Shown piece by piece: positions 10,047 to 21,172 of a stretch of DNA of 64,000 nt. The notes below the pieces were generated by a model. It had not been told where the DNA came from, made no database searches, and worked only from the letters and a program-made list of their open reading frames with translations. The translations under genes and the position numbers were made by a program. Origin of the DNA: Thainema sp. (GTDB lineage: Bacteria > Cyanobacteriota > Cyanobacteriia > Phormidesmidales > Phormidesmidaceae); NCBI GenBank assembly GCA_052168235.1, contig JBQLZK010000005.1, forward strand, positions 107,018 through 171,017, written 5' to 3'. Positions within the stretch are counted from its first letter, which is position 1. Each line of letters begins with the position of its first letter.

Positions 10047-11102
10047 TCAAAGCCGCGCTGCATAGAGCGACGCTCCAATCAGACCAACCTGGGGATTCAG
10101 TACCACATATACAGAAACCCGCTTGAGTAAATCCGTCATCCGTCCTTTGTGCAAAAACGAAGACAGGAAGGGGCCTTCTTGAATGAGCGGCAAATTCTTA
10201 GCTGCGATTCCTCCCGCAACGTACAGGCCACCATAGGGCAGCAGCTTCAGCGCTAAATTTCCGGCCTCTGCACCATAGGCGGCCACAAACAGTTCCATCG
10301 TTCGGCGGCAGAGCGGATCGCGATTCTCAACCGCAGCTTTAGAGATCACAGCTCCCGGATCAACACTTTTTTCTGCCAGTCCGGCTTCCCGTTCCCAGAG
10401 GCGAATGGCTTTTGCAATGTCAGTCGATTCGCTCATGTGCTGGCGATCGCGCAAAAACTGATAAATGGCGACAATCCCCTGACCAGAGACCACTCGCTCA
10501 ACGGAAACACGAGTAATTTGATGACGATCCAACAGATAGTCGAGCAACTCAAACTCAACCTGGGAGCGTGGCGCAAAATCAGCATGCCCCCCTTCCGAGG
10601 GATAGACAAAATAGCGGGACTGCTGCTGAATCAAGAATCCTTGTCCTAAGCCCGTGCCCGCCCCAATAATGGCAATTGGTGCATCGGTTTTAATCACTCC
10701 AGTCTGCAAAGTGTACAGATCCTGGCTCGTTAAGCCCAATACGCCGTAGCCAACCGCCTCAAAATCGTTGATCAACTGCACCTGATTCAAGTTCAATTCC
10801 TTAGTCAGTCGGTCTGCCGATAGTGACCAGGATAGATTGGTCAAGGCTGACGTATTGTTCACCACTGGGCCTGCGATCGCAAAACAGGCCGCCTGCGGCT
10901 GTGGAGTTTGGCCCAACTGATTTGCCGCGCTTTGCAGAAAAATCTGCACCATTGGCACAAGATCAGGAAATTCTCGGCTAACATACTGCTGCTCATAAAG
11001 CGCCTGCTGTTCGAATCCAGCTTTATTCTGCGCTGGCATCGACTCCACGAGTCGAAGAATGGTCTTTGTGCCACCAATATCACCTGCAATCTGTTGGGCC
11101 AT
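10047..11102 (-). CDS. glk: Glucokinase
   Basis: GDIGGT, INDF, GAGTGLG, SEGGH, ERVVSG. Confidence 0.95.
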   Translation of the reverse strand: MAQQIAGDIGGTKTILRLVESMPAQNKAGFEQQALYEQQYVSREFPDLVPMVQIFLQSAANQLGQTPQPQAACFAIAGPVVNNTSALTNLSWSLSADRLTKELNLNQVQLINDFEAVGYGVLGLTSQDLYTLQTGVIKTDAPIAIIGAGTGLGQGFLIQQQSRYFVYPSEGGHADFAPRSQVEFELLDYLLDRHQITRVSVERVVSGQGIVAIYQFLRDRQHMSESTDIAKAIRLWEREAGLAEKSVDPGAVISKAAVENRDPLCRRTMELFVAAYGAEAGNLALKLLPYGGLYVAGGIAAKNLPLIQEGPFLSSFLHKGRMTDLLKRVSVYVVLNPQVGLIGASLYAARL

Positions 11103-11320
11103 GAATCTTCATTAATCAAGTTCTGCTTGTTATCAGGATACCTTTGCGCTCCGTAATCTACGCCGAATCTCTTCCCGATGAAGGAGTAGCGTAATTTGGT
11201 CTGATCAGCAAAACCCATAATTTAGTCTGTTTACGTGAGGCGCTTGACCTGCGGTGAAAGACTAAATTATGGGTTTTTCAGGTTGACGCACTGGGATCCG
11301 GCTGCAGCTTTAGCTCCGGT

Positions 11321-11623
11321 CTATGAGTCAGAAGACTCGCGGCGCTGGTTATCTGGAGCATCATACAGCGCATCAAGCTGGTTACGGGCATCTTCCAACG
11401 TCATAGACTTCATCACCAGCAGAGGTTCACGAATCACCGAGCCAGCATCATCTAGCATTTCTGGATGGGTCACGGTTGGCGATGCCTTACGTCGTTTGGG
11501 AGCAGCCCAATCCGATGCCGGTCGATTGACATCAGAACTAAACATCAGCAGATTGCGAATCAAATTACCAACGGCCAGAAACGCAAGTACTGTAAAAGCC
11601 AAAATATAGAGGAGCTGTAACAT
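11321..11623 (-). CDS. DUF2973 family protein
   Basis: N-terminal TM, HPEMLD, EPLLVM, ARNQLDALY. Confidence 0.75.
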   Translation of the reverse strand: MLQLLYILAFTVLAFLAVGNLIRNLLMFSSDVNRPASDWAAPKRRKASPTVTHPEMLDDAGSVIREPLLVMKSMTLEDARNQLDALYDAPDNQRRESSDS

Positions 11624-11886
11624 GGTTCTTTACTTGAGGAATGTGATGGATTTGGAGCAAGGAGCAGATCAAAATCGAGAGTTACACCCAGGAGTAGGCA
11701 AGACTTAATCCAATATCACGTTAGTCCCCGACCTCAGTTCGTCTGACTGGTCGGTTCGTCTGACTTGGAATTATTGTCTCACTGTGTATTACTGTGCGTT
11801 TAAATTGCATTTAAATTCTGCATTCAAGTTTTGTCTTATATTAATGTTTCCATTTTCTCAGATTTCTCCCTGAGATCCTAGACATC

Positions 11887-12213
11887 CTAATCCTCAATTC
11901 GCCGATTGGCTCGATGGCGCATGGCCACCTGCCAGCATTCTGTCACCAGATGATGCCATGAAAGCAGAACGGACGTATCAACTCCTGCCTGATTATCCAT
12001 TAGTTTAACCATAGTCTGCGTCGCACGAACCAGCTCTGCCGCTGACTGCACGCGATGGAGCAAATCTGTTTGTTCTGCATCAGACAAAAACTCGATTCGC
12101 TCGCTTTCCAGTAGCGATCGCGATCGGCCAAACCAATACGTAAAGTCGTCGAGCAGCGGTTCAAGCACGTTTTTTAGCAGTTCTGAGGATTCAGACGAAT
12201 TGGAATTGAACAT
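11887..12213 (-). CDS. DUF2605 family protein
   Basis: LEPLLDDFTYWF, WHHLVTECW; usual neighbour of DUF2973. Confidence 0.75.
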   Translation of the reverse strand: MFNSNSSESSELLKNVLEPLLDDFTYWFGRSRSLLESERIEFLSDAEQTDLLHRVQSAAELVRATQTMVKLMDNQAGVDTSVLLSWHHLVTECWQVAMRHRANRRIED

Positions 12214-12517
12214 AATTAACTTTGGATGATTATCTCTGACAAACAGGAGCAAAACTGAGCAATATCTTATCTATTGTTTATATTTCTTAACGTTAGTCTA
12301 GTTGTTTTTTATCAAACTTGCGACCGGCGTTGCATCGCCCGGCAGACTGAACAGAGGAAACTCGCTCGAGTCACTTTCCCCCGATGCTCTTACCGCTATC
12401 GCTATCGCCTTTTTGCTGAAAGAGTTGTTGAGATAGTTACAGTTACACCATCAACCGTTCAATTAATTGAACGGTTGATGGATTTCCCAATGTCCTAATC
12501 CATGCGAGTTGGGTGCT

Positions 12518-12766
12518 TCAACTGAGTGGCGACTGTTCTTGTTCAGAAAGTGATTGCCAACCCGCCTGCCACAGTCGTCGATTCTTTAAAAGGCTGGCAT
12601 TAATCCAAAAGCGCACCTCTGGATCACAGGCCGCCACTAGTTCCGCAAAAACCCATTTCCCCTGATTTTTACGGTTCATCACCTGAAAATGACGCCAGCC
12701 CAGCATGGTTTGGCAGGCTGTCCACTTTGAACCAACAAGATGGGGAAATTTCTTCTGCTTCGGCAT
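12518..12766 (-). CDS. TIGR02450 family Trp-rich protein
   Basis: GSKWTA...GWRHF...LKNRRLWQAGW. Confidence 0.8.
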   Translation of the reverse strand: MPKQKKFPHLVGSKWTACQTMLGWRHFQVMNRKNQGKWVFAELVAACDPEVRFWINASLLKNRRLWQAGWQSLSEQEQSPLS

Positions 12767-12904
12767 AACAAAAATAGATGGCTGGGCATACTACGGATGG
12801 AGTCTTCCCTTGGATAGATATTCCACCATTTCAAATTGCGATCGCACCACTGCACTGTCGCAACATCGTGTTCCCTGAGTCAACTTTGGATCAGATTGAA
12901 AGGT

Positions 12905-14803
12905 ATGCCCGCATTTCGAGTGCCAACGTCTCGCCAGTTTTTAGAACAAGCTGCAACGCTCACGGCTTCCATAACAACGTTGCCCAGACTATTAACAGGA
13001 GCTGTGGTTGCGATTTGTATACTGCCTTTTATCCTAAACCAGCTTGGAGTTGATTTCGGCTCAACTTCGCCGAGCGTATCAAACGGATCCATTGAGGCAT
13101 GGCTAGAGCAATCACCAGATCAGGTGATTGAGCAATTGCACAACACGCTATCGGGCAGCTTTATTCATACGATTTTAGAGTGGAGCGCATTTTGTGCGGC
13201 TCTATTCACAGCGACACTCGCCTTTTCTCACTTCAGCATTAAGCGAGACGCAACCACCCCAGTGATTGGGGTGGCGCTGCTATGTGCTGGGTTAATGGAT
13301 GCTTTTCATACGCTAGCAGCGGATCATTTAATTACCGCCGTACCTGACCCCCAGAATCTAATTCCATTCACCTGGGCCATCTGTCGCATGGCTAACGTCT
13401 TGTTGACAATTGCGGGGATTGGTATTTTCCTCATATTCAAACCTGCACGGTGGCAGCGCAGTCTGACGTTTGTATTAATCACCTGCCTGGGCTTCGGTGC
13501 GATCGCATATAGCGTTATCTATTTTTGCGCCACGAGTGAAACTCTACCAACGACGCAATTCCCCAATTCGTTGATTACTCGTCCTTGGGATGTTGCACCC
13601 TTAGTTCTGTTTGCGTTGAGTGGCCTGTTCATTTATCCCCGCTTTTATCGGCAATATCCCAGTCTGTTCTCCCATGCGCTGATGATCAGTGCAATCCCCA
13701 ATGTCGCCACACAGATCTACATGGCATTTGGATCATCCACACTGTTTGACAATGCCTTTAACATCGCCCACTTTTTAAAAATTTTGGCTTATCTGGTTCC
13801 CCTCATGGGCCTAGTGCTGGACTATTCACTGACCCACCAGCAATCCAAACTGATTACCGCTGGACTAGAGCAGGAAATCTATGAGCGTCAACAGGCCCAG
13901 CTTGCGTTGGAACACAGTGAGGCTGAAGCTCAGGAAAAATCACAGCAGCTTGAACAAGCGCTAATAGATTTGCGCCAGGCTCAAGCCCAACTGATCCACA
14001 GCGAAAAAATGTCGAGCTTGGGTCAGCTTGTGGCCGGAATTGCCCATGAAATCAACAATCCGATCAACTTCATCTACGGCAATATTATTCACGCCACCGA
14101 TTACGCCGATGATCTGTTACGGCTCATGCAGGTGTATCAAGCTGAATATCCTCAGCCCAATGCAAACCTACAGCGACAAATTGACAAGGTTGATGTGGAG
14201 TTCATTGCCGAAGATTTACCGCGACTGATGGCGTCTATGCGAGTTGGCTCCGATCGAATTCGGCAGATTGTGGTGTCACTCCGCAACTTTTCGCGGCTGG
14301 ATGAGGCCGATTTGAAGGCTGTGAATATCCACGATGGGCTGGACAACACGCTGATGGTGCTGAAAAGCCGACTCAAAGCCAAGCGCGATCGCAGATCCAT
14401 CCGCGTCATCACCCAATATGACGATCTGCCATCTGTGGAATGTTACCCAGGACAGCTCAATCAGGTGTTTATGAATCTGCTCAATAACGCAATCGATGCG
14501 CTGCGCAGTTGCCCCCAGTTAGAAGATCCCTGCATCAAAATCCAAACGCGACTGCTACCCGATAATCAGGTGCAGATCTCGATTCGCGACAACGGCCCAG
14601 GTATTCCCCAAAAGCTGCAAACACGCATCTTTGACCCATTTTTCACAACTAAACCTGTGGGACAGGGAACAGGACTTGGGTTGGCCGTTAGCTATCAAAT
14701 TGTGGTTGACAAACACGGTGGATCGTTGATCTGCTGCTCTCAACCGAATGAAGGGGCTGAATTTATTGTGCAGATTCCGTTAGCGGTCGCTGGGGTAAGG
14801 TGA
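12905..14803 (+). CDS. Membrane sensor histidine kinase (MASE3-like sensor, HisKA, HATPase)
   Basis: Multiple TM helices with conserved His; AHEINNP H-box; N, G1, F, G2 boxes. Confidence 0.9.
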   Translation: MPAFRVPTSRQFLEQAATLTASITTLPRLLTGAVVAICILPFILNQLGVDFGSTSPSVSNGSIEAWLEQSPDQVIEQLHNTLSGSFIHTILEWSAFCAALFTATLAFSHFSIKRDATTPVIGVALLCAGLMDAFHTLAADHLITAVPDPQNLIPFTWAICRMANVLLTIAGIGIFLIFKPARWQRSLTFVLITCLGFGAIAYSVIYFCATSETLPTTQFPNSLITRPWDVAPLVLFALSGLFIYPRFYRQYPSLFSHALMISAIPNVATQIYMAFGSSTLFDNAFNIAHFLKILAYLVPLMGLVLDYSLTHQQSKLITAGLEQEIYERQQAQLALEHSEAEAQEKSQQLEQALIDLRQAQAQLIHSEKMSSLGQLVAGIAHEINNPINFIYGNIIHATDYADDLLRLMQVYQAEYPQPNANLQRQIDKVDVEFIAEDLPRLMASMRVGSDRIRQIVVSLRNFSRLDEADLKAVNIHDGLDNTLMVLKSRLKAKRDRRSIRVITQYDDLPSVECYPGQLNQVFMNLLNNAIDALRSCPQLEDPCIKIQTRLLPDNQVQISIRDNGPGIPQKLQTRIFDPFFTTKPVGQGTGLGLAVSYQIVVDKHGGSLICCSQPNEGAEFIVQIPLAVAGVR

Positions 14804-15057
14804 GGCAAGAGGCGAGAGGCGTAAGAAACAAAGCAAACTTCATGACAATCCGAAATCCAACATCCAACATCTAAAATCCCCCACCGTTGGATCAAACTGT
14901 TACGAGTTGCTTAAGAGAATCCTTTAATCCGCAAGCATTACAGAGCGCAGGCTGAGAATGGAGCTAGCGATCGCAACTTTCGGTCTTTGATTAACCTGAC
15001 CGGAATGAATACGAGACTAAATGTGCGATCGCATTAGCACAGATTCAAGAGGACACG

Positions 15058-15405
15058 ATGAGCGACTTTCAAGATTTTCTACGGATTAAAACCGCTTACG
15101 TTGCTAAGGGTGAATTCAAGCCGGGTAAATTCAACGAAGCTAAGCAGCTTTATGCCGAGGCTGTTTCAACCTATGGTGCCGGATTTCAAGGAGCTTATCT
15201 CCTACAGGAACCGGGCACCGATCGCGGCATTGCCATAATTCTGTGGGAAAGCGTATCAGATATGGCAGAAAATCAGGACGATGCCCACGAAGCTGTGTTG
15301 CAAAAGATGAATCCCCTATTTGCTGGCAAACCAGAAACGGCGTTTTACGACGTTGTCTGCGATATCCAACCCAATGAAACCCATGCTGCCACTGAAGTTC
15401 GGTAG
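15058..15405 (+). CDS. ABM-like dimeric alpha-beta barrel protein
   Basis: FKPGK...GFQGAYLL...IILWES pattern; GAGG RBS. Confidence 0.7.
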   Translation: MSDFQDFLRIKTAYVAKGEFKPGKFNEAKQLYAEAVSTYGAGFQGAYLLQEPGTDRGIAIILWESVSDMAENQDDAHEAVLQKMNPLFAGKPETAFYDVVCDIQPNETHAATEVR

Positions 15406-16034
15406 CAGGAGTGATCAAAGTTGGACGATATGACAGCCGTTTGCAGTTCGCACTCCGGAATGGTCAGCACCTGGGATATCGACGGGGAAATATCAAATGG
15501 TGTGAGTTGTTGTGAGGAACTAATCATGCTTTGTGACACCTGTACTCGCCAACGTCGCTGCCCACCGTGGCAGCTTGCCCAGCGCGATCGCAAAATAGCA
15601 GCCATGCTTGAGCAACTGAAGCGCTGTGCATTGCGGATTCAAGTTGCATCCCATGTATCTCAACCTTCTCTTCATCCTCCTGCTCGATGAGTAGGCCAAA
15701 AGGGTCAAACTTGACTGCGAGGTTGACCAAGGGATAAACATTCAGCTCACTAAAAGCATCCATATGGAGGATGCGAAACAGGGGATCGGTTTGGGTAGGC
15801 TAAGAGCAGTATCGTTAAGCCAAAGGGTCTGAACTCCATATCTGACTCGATTTGAATTTTCTCATCACTCAGGTTCATCTCGCCTGATTTTATCTGGTGA
15901 CTTCATGTGGGTGGATGCTGAAATGTTTAATCTCGTGCTAATCTCATGTTAAGAAAGGTAACAATTTTACCAGCAGGACTTGATTCCGTTGAGGATACTT
16001 GTCCGCAAGTTGTTGTGGTGAGGATCAAACACTC

Positions 16035-16574
16035 GTGACTTTAGCTGTACCATTCACCCAAGTTGCAGAAACTCCGCTGATTGTCAGCTTCTTCCAGCGG
16101 TCAGAAGGGAACTGGCGTTCAGAACGTCGCTATTACACCCTGCCCGATGGCGAAACCAAGGAAATGGTAAGCCACATTACGGTGGAGTTTTTAGAACAAG
16201 GATGTCCTGAACTGCGGCATCTAGCAGAACTTCATGAATTGCAAGACCTCAATGCCATGATCTGCGGCACCAAGGTCAGTTGGCAAAGTCATGAGTCAGC
16301 CACAGGACGCAAAAAGTCCAAAGGCTCAACCCTGTTTGGCGCTTTAGGCGATACGCTCTATCGCGATCGCGGTTTTGCTACCCTAAAGCCAATCACGGCT
16401 CAGTTCTATTTCAATAATCCTGAAACACTCTGTCTCCGCACCGAGTATGACGGCTCGATGTTTGAGGAAGAACTGAAGCTTGTGGGCAGTCAGTATCGCA
16501 CCCGCCAAACTATCATTTCCCGCGCGGGTGAACAGCAAATGATTGGTCAATACCTAGAAAAGCGCGTAGTGTAA
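16035..16574 (+). CDS. Phycobiliprotein lyase, CpcS/CpeS family (CpcV-like)
   Basis: FFQRSEGNWRSERRYY, LYRDRGF, FEEE, RTRQT; GTG start assumed. Confidence 0.85.
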   Translation: MTLAVPFTQVAETPLIVSFFQRSEGNWRSERRYYTLPDGETKEMVSHITVEFLEQGCPELRHLAELHELQDLNAMICGTKVSWQSHESATGRKKSKGSTLFGALGDTLYRDRGFATLKPITAQFYFNNPETLCLRTEYDGSMFEEELKLVGSQYRTRQTIISRAGEQQMIGQYLEKRVV

Positions 16575-16580
16575 ATCCAA

Positions 16581-16631
16581 CCCCAAAAGAGCCGTAGGCC
16601 GCCGTAACGGCGGCCTACGGCTCTTTTGGGG
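16581..16631. repeat. Perfect 25-bp-arm palindrome (probable bidirectional terminator)
   Basis: CCCCAAAAGAGCCGTAGGCCGCCGT-a-reverse complement, between convergent genes. Confidence 0.8.
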
Positions 16632-16667
16632 TCTCGTACGAAATCTGCTCATAAAAAACCAGTTCTC

Positions 16668-16710
16668 ATTTTGTGCAAAAGTCAGGCTGTGCCTGACTTT
16701 TGCACAAAAT
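16668..16710. repeat. Hairpin element, family H copy C (divergent)
   Basis: ATTTTGTGCAAAAGTCAGGC-tgt-GCCTGACTTTTGCACAAAAT. Confidence 0.6.
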
Positions 16711-16719
16711 AATTCGGCA

Positions 16720-17436
16720 TTACATAGAGCCAGTTGATGAGGCAAATTCAGTCAGCGGTTTCCACATCATTACGGTGTCAAACAGCGACCGATAGCCCTC
16801 TACATTCGGATGAATTCCATCCTCACACAGCCGCGACTGCCACCAGTCATCTCCCTGACTCAGCCAGTGATCGAAGATATCCAGGTAGGGAACATGCAAT
16901 TGGCGACAAATCTGCCGCGACGCTTCCTTATAGCGATACTGATCGCGATGGGAATAGTAAAGACAACCCGCGTAAGGCATCTTACGCTCGTCCACAGGCG
17001 GCATTCCCACCACCCAAACTGGGCAAAACTGTTTTGCCTGCTCGAGTAAGCGGGACATTTCTTGCTCAAAAACATCCAGCTCGATCATTGCCCGACCGTC
17101 AGGCCGACTCACGCGCGCCGAATCATTCAGCCCAACGCCCAGTAAAATCCCGTTCGGCAACCGATTGCGTAATTCGCCCCGACAGCTAAATTCCGTCTCT
17201 AATCGCTGGGCAACCTGCTGCACACCATTACCTCGCACACCCAAGTTATAAACAATCACGCCTGGATCATTGGGGTTTTCAGCAAACATCCAGTAGCGGC
17301 GCAGCCGCTCTACCCAGCCACCGCCTTCCGGATCGCCATAGCCGTAGATCAAACTATCTCCTAAAGCAATCAGTTTGCGCGGATGGGCAATCACGGTCGA
17401 TTGAGATCGCAATGGCACAGGACTGATAAGCGTCAT
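16720..17436 (-). CDS. SGNH/GDSL hydrolase
   Basis: GDSL, NLGVRG, GLND, DGIHP blocks. Confidence 0.9.
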   Translation of the reverse strand: MTLISPVPLRSQSTVIAHPRKLIALGDSLIYGYGDPEGGGWVERLRRYWMFAENPNDPGVIVYNLGVRGNGVQQVAQRLETEFSCRGELRNRLPNGILLGVGLNDSARVSRPDGRAMIELDVFEQEMSRLLEQAKQFCPVWVVGMPPVDERKMPYAGCLYYSHRDQYRYKEASRQICRQLHVPYLDIFDHWLSQGDDWWQSRLCEDGIHPNVEGYRSLFDTVMMWKPLTEFASSTGSM

Positions 17437-17625
17437 AAGCGCGAATAATTGATTTCAACGCGACATCAGTTGGCTTGGCTCGATTAATCAAACCTACCTA
17501 GCCAAGGAGATTAGCATTTCTATGGCTAACTTTGCAATTCTTGATAATCAACTCAATTGAATTTACATCCTAGCCAACCGATGAACACACTATCAACGGA
17601 ACACCATCAACCACCAACTATCAAC

Positions 17626-18579
17626 TTATGACTCATGCCGCTCATAGGCCGCCACAATTTTCTGCACTAGCGGATGTCGCACTACGTCAGCTTGGTTCAG
17701 GTGGCAAAACGCAATTCCCTCAACGTGCTCTAGAATTCGATGCGCTACGGCCAATCCAGACTGTTGATTCAGCGGCAAATCAGTTTGGGTAACATCCCCT
17801 GTCACCACCATCTTGGATTTGAAGCCCAGCCGCGTCAGCACCATCTTCATCTGGGCTGGAGTTGTATTCTGTGCCTCATCCAGGATGACAAAGGCGTTGT
17901 TGAGCGTGCGGCCTCGCATATAGGCCAGCGGCGCAACTTCAATCACGCCCCGCTCCATCAGACTAGGAATTTTGGCCGGATCAATCAGCTCATGCAGTGC
18001 ATCGTAGAGCGGTCGTAGGTAGGGATTAATTTTTTGCTGTAGGTCACCAGGTAAAAAGCCGAGCCGTTCACCCGCTTCAACGGCAGGCCGAGTCAAAATC
18101 AGCCGCTCAAATTCCCCTGCCATCAGCGCTTGCACGGCCACCATTGCCGCCAGAAACGTTTTTCCGGTTCCGGCGGGGCCAATGCAAAACGTCATATCGT
18201 AGCGACGAATCGATTGCACATAGCGACGCTGACGAAAGGTTTTGGGCCGAATGGTATCGCCACGCCGCGTACGGGCAATGACATCTCGCTGTAAATTCTG
18301 TAAATCATCTTGCCGCTGGGTATCGAGCGCTTGCTTCGCAGTCAAAATATCAGGACTGCTAACCGTTTGTCCCTGGCCCCAAATTTCCTCCAGCGACTGC
18401 ACCAGCCGACGGCATAAATCAACCTGATTTTCCGTACCGGATATCAAAAGCTCCTGTCCCCTCATGACGGCAGTTGCGCCAGTCTGATGAGACAAGAGCT
18501 TCAGGTTTTCTTCTTGATATCCAGCCAGTGCGATCGCAGATTCTAAACTAGGCAGTTCTAGCGTAGTAGTGATTGTCAT
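17626..18579 (-). CDS. phoH: PhoH family ATPase
   Basis: GPAGTGKT, RPAVEAGERLGFLPG, YMRGRT, DEAQN, DVVRH. Confidence 0.95.
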   Translation of the reverse strand: MTITTTLELPSLESAIALAGYQEENLKLLSHQTGATAVMRGQELLISGTENQVDLCRRLVQSLEEIWGQGQTVSSPDILTAKQALDTQRQDDLQNLQRDVIARTRRGDTIRPKTFRQRRYVQSIRRYDMTFCIGPAGTGKTFLAAMVAVQALMAGEFERLILTRPAVEAGERLGFLPGDLQQKINPYLRPLYDALHELIDPAKIPSLMERGVIEVAPLAYMRGRTLNNAFVILDEAQNTTPAQMKMVLTRLGFKSKMVVTGDVTQTDLPLNQQSGLAVAHRILEHVEGIAFCHLNQADVVRHPLVQKIVAAYERHES

Positions 18580-18623
18580 GAAAGACGTCAAGCTTGTTCA
18601 AGAACATTTGAACTCATTCTAAT

Positions 18624-19049
18624 TCAGTTATCACGAGGTTTGGGTCGCGACCTGCGCCCTGAATCAGGCCGAGGTTTCGAGCGGTGGTTGGATGAACTAC
18701 GGTGCGATCGCTCCCGTGAATCACCGTCATTGCCGCTGGAAGAACTACCATGTACATCTAAGTGAGCAGAATAGCCCGATAGCTGAGCTACGGCTCCCAA
18801 AATCGTTCTCACAGCCTGAATATTGCGCCCGCCTCGGCCAAACACCCGCCCCTTATCTTCACCATCGAATGCAACTCGAATTAAAACCCTGCCTCGGGTT
18901 GCTGAAGCCTCACAGTCAATCTTCAGCGAATCAGAAGATTCAACCAGAGGCTCCAGCAAAAAGCGAGTCAAGGCCGTGAAGTCAACGGGTGAAGAAGCCG
19001 CAACAACTGAATTTTCAGCCGATTCAGGCTTTGAGTTGTTCGAAGACAC
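18624..19049 (-). CDS. khpA: KH-domain RNA-binding protein (KhpA)
   Basis: [15 protein letters not shown]xxG loop; follows rpsP; GTG start at 19049 assumed. Confidence 0.85.
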   Translation of the reverse strand: MSSNNSKPESAENSVVAASSPVDFTALTRFLLEPLVESSDSLKIDCEASATRGRVLIRVAFDGEDKGRVFGRGGRNIQAVRTILGAVAQLSGYSAHLDVHGSSSSGNDGDSRERSHRSSSNHRSKPRPDSGRRSRPKPRDN

Positions 19050-19272
19050 TAGCTTTCTCAAGAATGCTACGGACAGTATCAGTGGGCTGTGCACCCTGCT
19101 TTAAGCGGCGCACAATTGCGGGCACATCCAAACGTGTTTCGTCGGTTCTGGGATTGTAGAAACCCAGTTCTTCTAGAGGGCGACCATCGCGGCGATCGCT
19201 GCTGTTCATAGCCACAATGCGGTAGCTAACTTCCCGCTTTTTGCCGTATCGCTTGAGCCGTAACTTAATCAT
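19024..19272 (-). CDS. rpsP: 30S ribosomal protein S16
   Basis: [35 protein letters not shown]. Confidence 0.98.
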   Translation of the reverse strand: MIKLRLKRYGKKREVSYRIVAMNSSDRRDGRPLEELGFYNPRTDETRLDVPAIVRRLKQGAQPTDTVRSILEKASVFEQLKA

Positions 19273-19504
19273 CCTGAATCAGACTACTCCTTAAAAATTT
19301 GCCAGTGAAGCGACAGATATTTCAGCTTCCTTCTGAATTCACAATTTTATCACAACAAACTCGACAGCTTGCCCCAATAAGCCAAGCTGTCTATTTGCCG
19401 CAATCGCATTGAGACAGAATAACCAAATATCTTAGAGGCATTCCACTATCCGGTTCTGTCTCGGTTATGTAAAGGCTCAGATACCAGTTAGAATGACTCA
19501 GATT

Positions 19505-19636
19505 TTAATCTTCATGATCTTCAAAGGGATCGCTGAGCTGCTTGGCCGGTGGGCCAAATGCCGTATAGACGCCAATTCCGGTAATAACGACCAAAATGGC
19601 TGCGATGGAAATACTAAGAACTGTTGCAGGTTCCAT
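19505..19636 (-). CDS. psbN: Photosystem II assembly protein PsbN (43 aa, absent from the ORF track)
   Basis: Translates as [43 protein letters not shown]; divergent from psbH. Confidence 0.95.
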   Translation of the reverse strand: MEPATVLSISIAAILVVITGIGVYTAFGPPAKQLSDPFEDHED

Positions 19637-19713
19637 AGGTTAAATGAGAAAGATAAGTGACCTTCTCCTATAATATTACGGATCATTAAAATAGATTTCA
19701 GTACAGGATAGCT

Positions 19714-19908
19714 ATGGCACAACGGACTCGGTTGGGAGATTTGCTCAAGCCTTTGAACTCCGAATACGGTAAAGTTTCCCCTGGTTGGGGCACAACGCCG
19801 TTAATGGCTGTGTTTATGTTGCTTTTCTTAGTCTTCTTACTCATCATTTTGCAAATCTACAATTCGTCGCTGCTCCTAGAATCCTTCAACATGGATTGGA
19901 GGGGTTAA
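19714..19908 (+). CDS. psbH: Photosystem II protein PsbH
   Basis: [21 protein letters not shown]. Confidence 0.97.
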   Translation: MAQRTRLGDLLKPLNSEYGKVSPGWGTTPLMAVFMLLFLVFLLIILQIYNSSLLLESFNMDWRG

Positions 19909-20100
19909 ACCCAAGCAACGGGCTGCTTGTCTCCCCCTGCGGTGCGCCGCGCGGGGAGACTTTTTGTATGATGTCAGTGGCAAAAGCCCTAACATGGTTA
20001 TAGTGACATTTGGTGAACTGACGCTCTGCTGGGTTCTAGTGCCCTAGATGTGAGGAGCAATACACCGTAACGAGACACAGTAGCTACAGGAGGACACAGC

Positions 20101-20469
20101 GTGAATATCTTTGGCATCGGTCTGCCGGAAATGGCGCTGATTTTTATCGTTGCCCTACTCGTTTTTGGCCCCAAAAAGCTACCTGAAATTGGTCGCAGCC
20201 TGGGTAAAGCCATTCGTGGATTTCAAGATGCATCCAAGGAATTTGAAAACGAGTTCAAGCGAGAGGCGCAAGAGATCGAAAAAAGCGTGCAGATGAAAGC
20301 TACGATTGAACCACCCCAACGCAAAGCTTTACAGTCTGATGCCGTGCCCTCAGCCGAAGAGGTAGATAAGGCAGCGGAGCCTACTGCTGAAACAGTGGCA
20401 ACTGAATCTCAAGCAGATACGACAGAAGAGGTTGCTGCAACTCCATCAGAGCAGCCATCTAATACTTAG
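20101..20469 (+). CDS. tatA: Twin-arginine translocase TatA/B subunit
   Basis: FGIGLPE, FGPKKLPEIGRSLGK; GGAGG RBS. Confidence 0.92.
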   Translation: MNIFGIGLPEMALIFIVALLVFGPKKLPEIGRSLGKAIRGFQDASKEFENEFKREAQEIEKSVQMKATIEPPQRKALQSDAVPSAEEVDKAAEPTAETVATESQADTTEEVAATPSEQPSNT

Positions 20470-20488
20470 TATTTCTAAGCGATTTTGA

Positions 20489-21157
20489 GTGAAAATGATG
20501 AATGTGTCTGCTCAACCAGAATCCCAATCTATGGGCGATGCAACTGAGGCTTTAGTCATTCCTGAACTGATTGTAGGTTTGGGCAATCCAGGATCGAAAT
20601 ACGAAAATACCCGTCACAATGTTGGCTTTCAGGTAATTGATGCCTTGGCGAAACGGTGGCAGGTAAACTTATCCGAAAATCGTAAGTTTCAGGGCTGGTA
20701 TGGCGAAACGACGGTTGGCAGTCAGCGCAGTAAAGTTCGGTTGCTGAAGCCGACCACATATATGAATCGTTCCGGGCAGTCGGTTCGAGCCGTACTGGAC
20801 TGGTTCAAAGTTTCGCCTGCCAAGATCCTGGTGGTCTATGACGAGATGGATTTGCCGCTAGGTCGAATTCGGCTGCGTCTCTCGGGTTCAGCGGGGGGAC
20901 ACAACGGCATGAAGTCGATTATTTCCCATGTGAATACTCAGGAATTTCCCCGCCTGCGAATAGGCATTGGCTCACCCAAAGATGAGAATACAGTCACCAA
21001 AGATGCAGTCGGGCATGTGCTAGGCCAATTTTCCAAAGACGAACAGCCAATTTTGTCAGAAGTGCTGTATTTGGCTCAAGACAGCATTGAGCTGAGCCTC
21101 AAACAGGGCGTAGAAAAAAGCATGAGTCTCTACAACGGTCGAGCGGTTGAGATTTAG
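20489..21157 (+). CDS. pth: Peptidyl-tRNA hydrolase
   Basis: VGLGNPG, TRHNVGF, KPTTYMN, GGHNG; start may be downstream. Confidence 0.96.
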   Translation: MKMMNVSAQPESQSMGDATEALVIPELIVGLGNPGSKYENTRHNVGFQVIDALAKRWQVNLSENRKFQGWYGETTVGSQRSKVRLLKPTTYMNRSGQSVRAVLDWFKVSPAKILVVYDEMDLPLGRIRLRLSGSAGGHNGMKSIISHVNTQEFPRLRIGIGSPKDENTVTKDAVGHVLGQFSKDEQPILSEVLYLAQDSIELSLKQGVEKSMSLYNGRAVEI

Positions 21158-21172
21158 AGCATTCTCAAGCAT

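Noticed and set aside
15421..15763. Three overlapping short ORFs between the ABM-like gene and the lyase
   Set aside because: No recognisable motif or clear RBS; cannot decide which, if any, is real.
19498..19722. 74-aa minus-strand ORF in the track
   Set aside because: Wrong frame; psbN (19505-19636) occupies this region.
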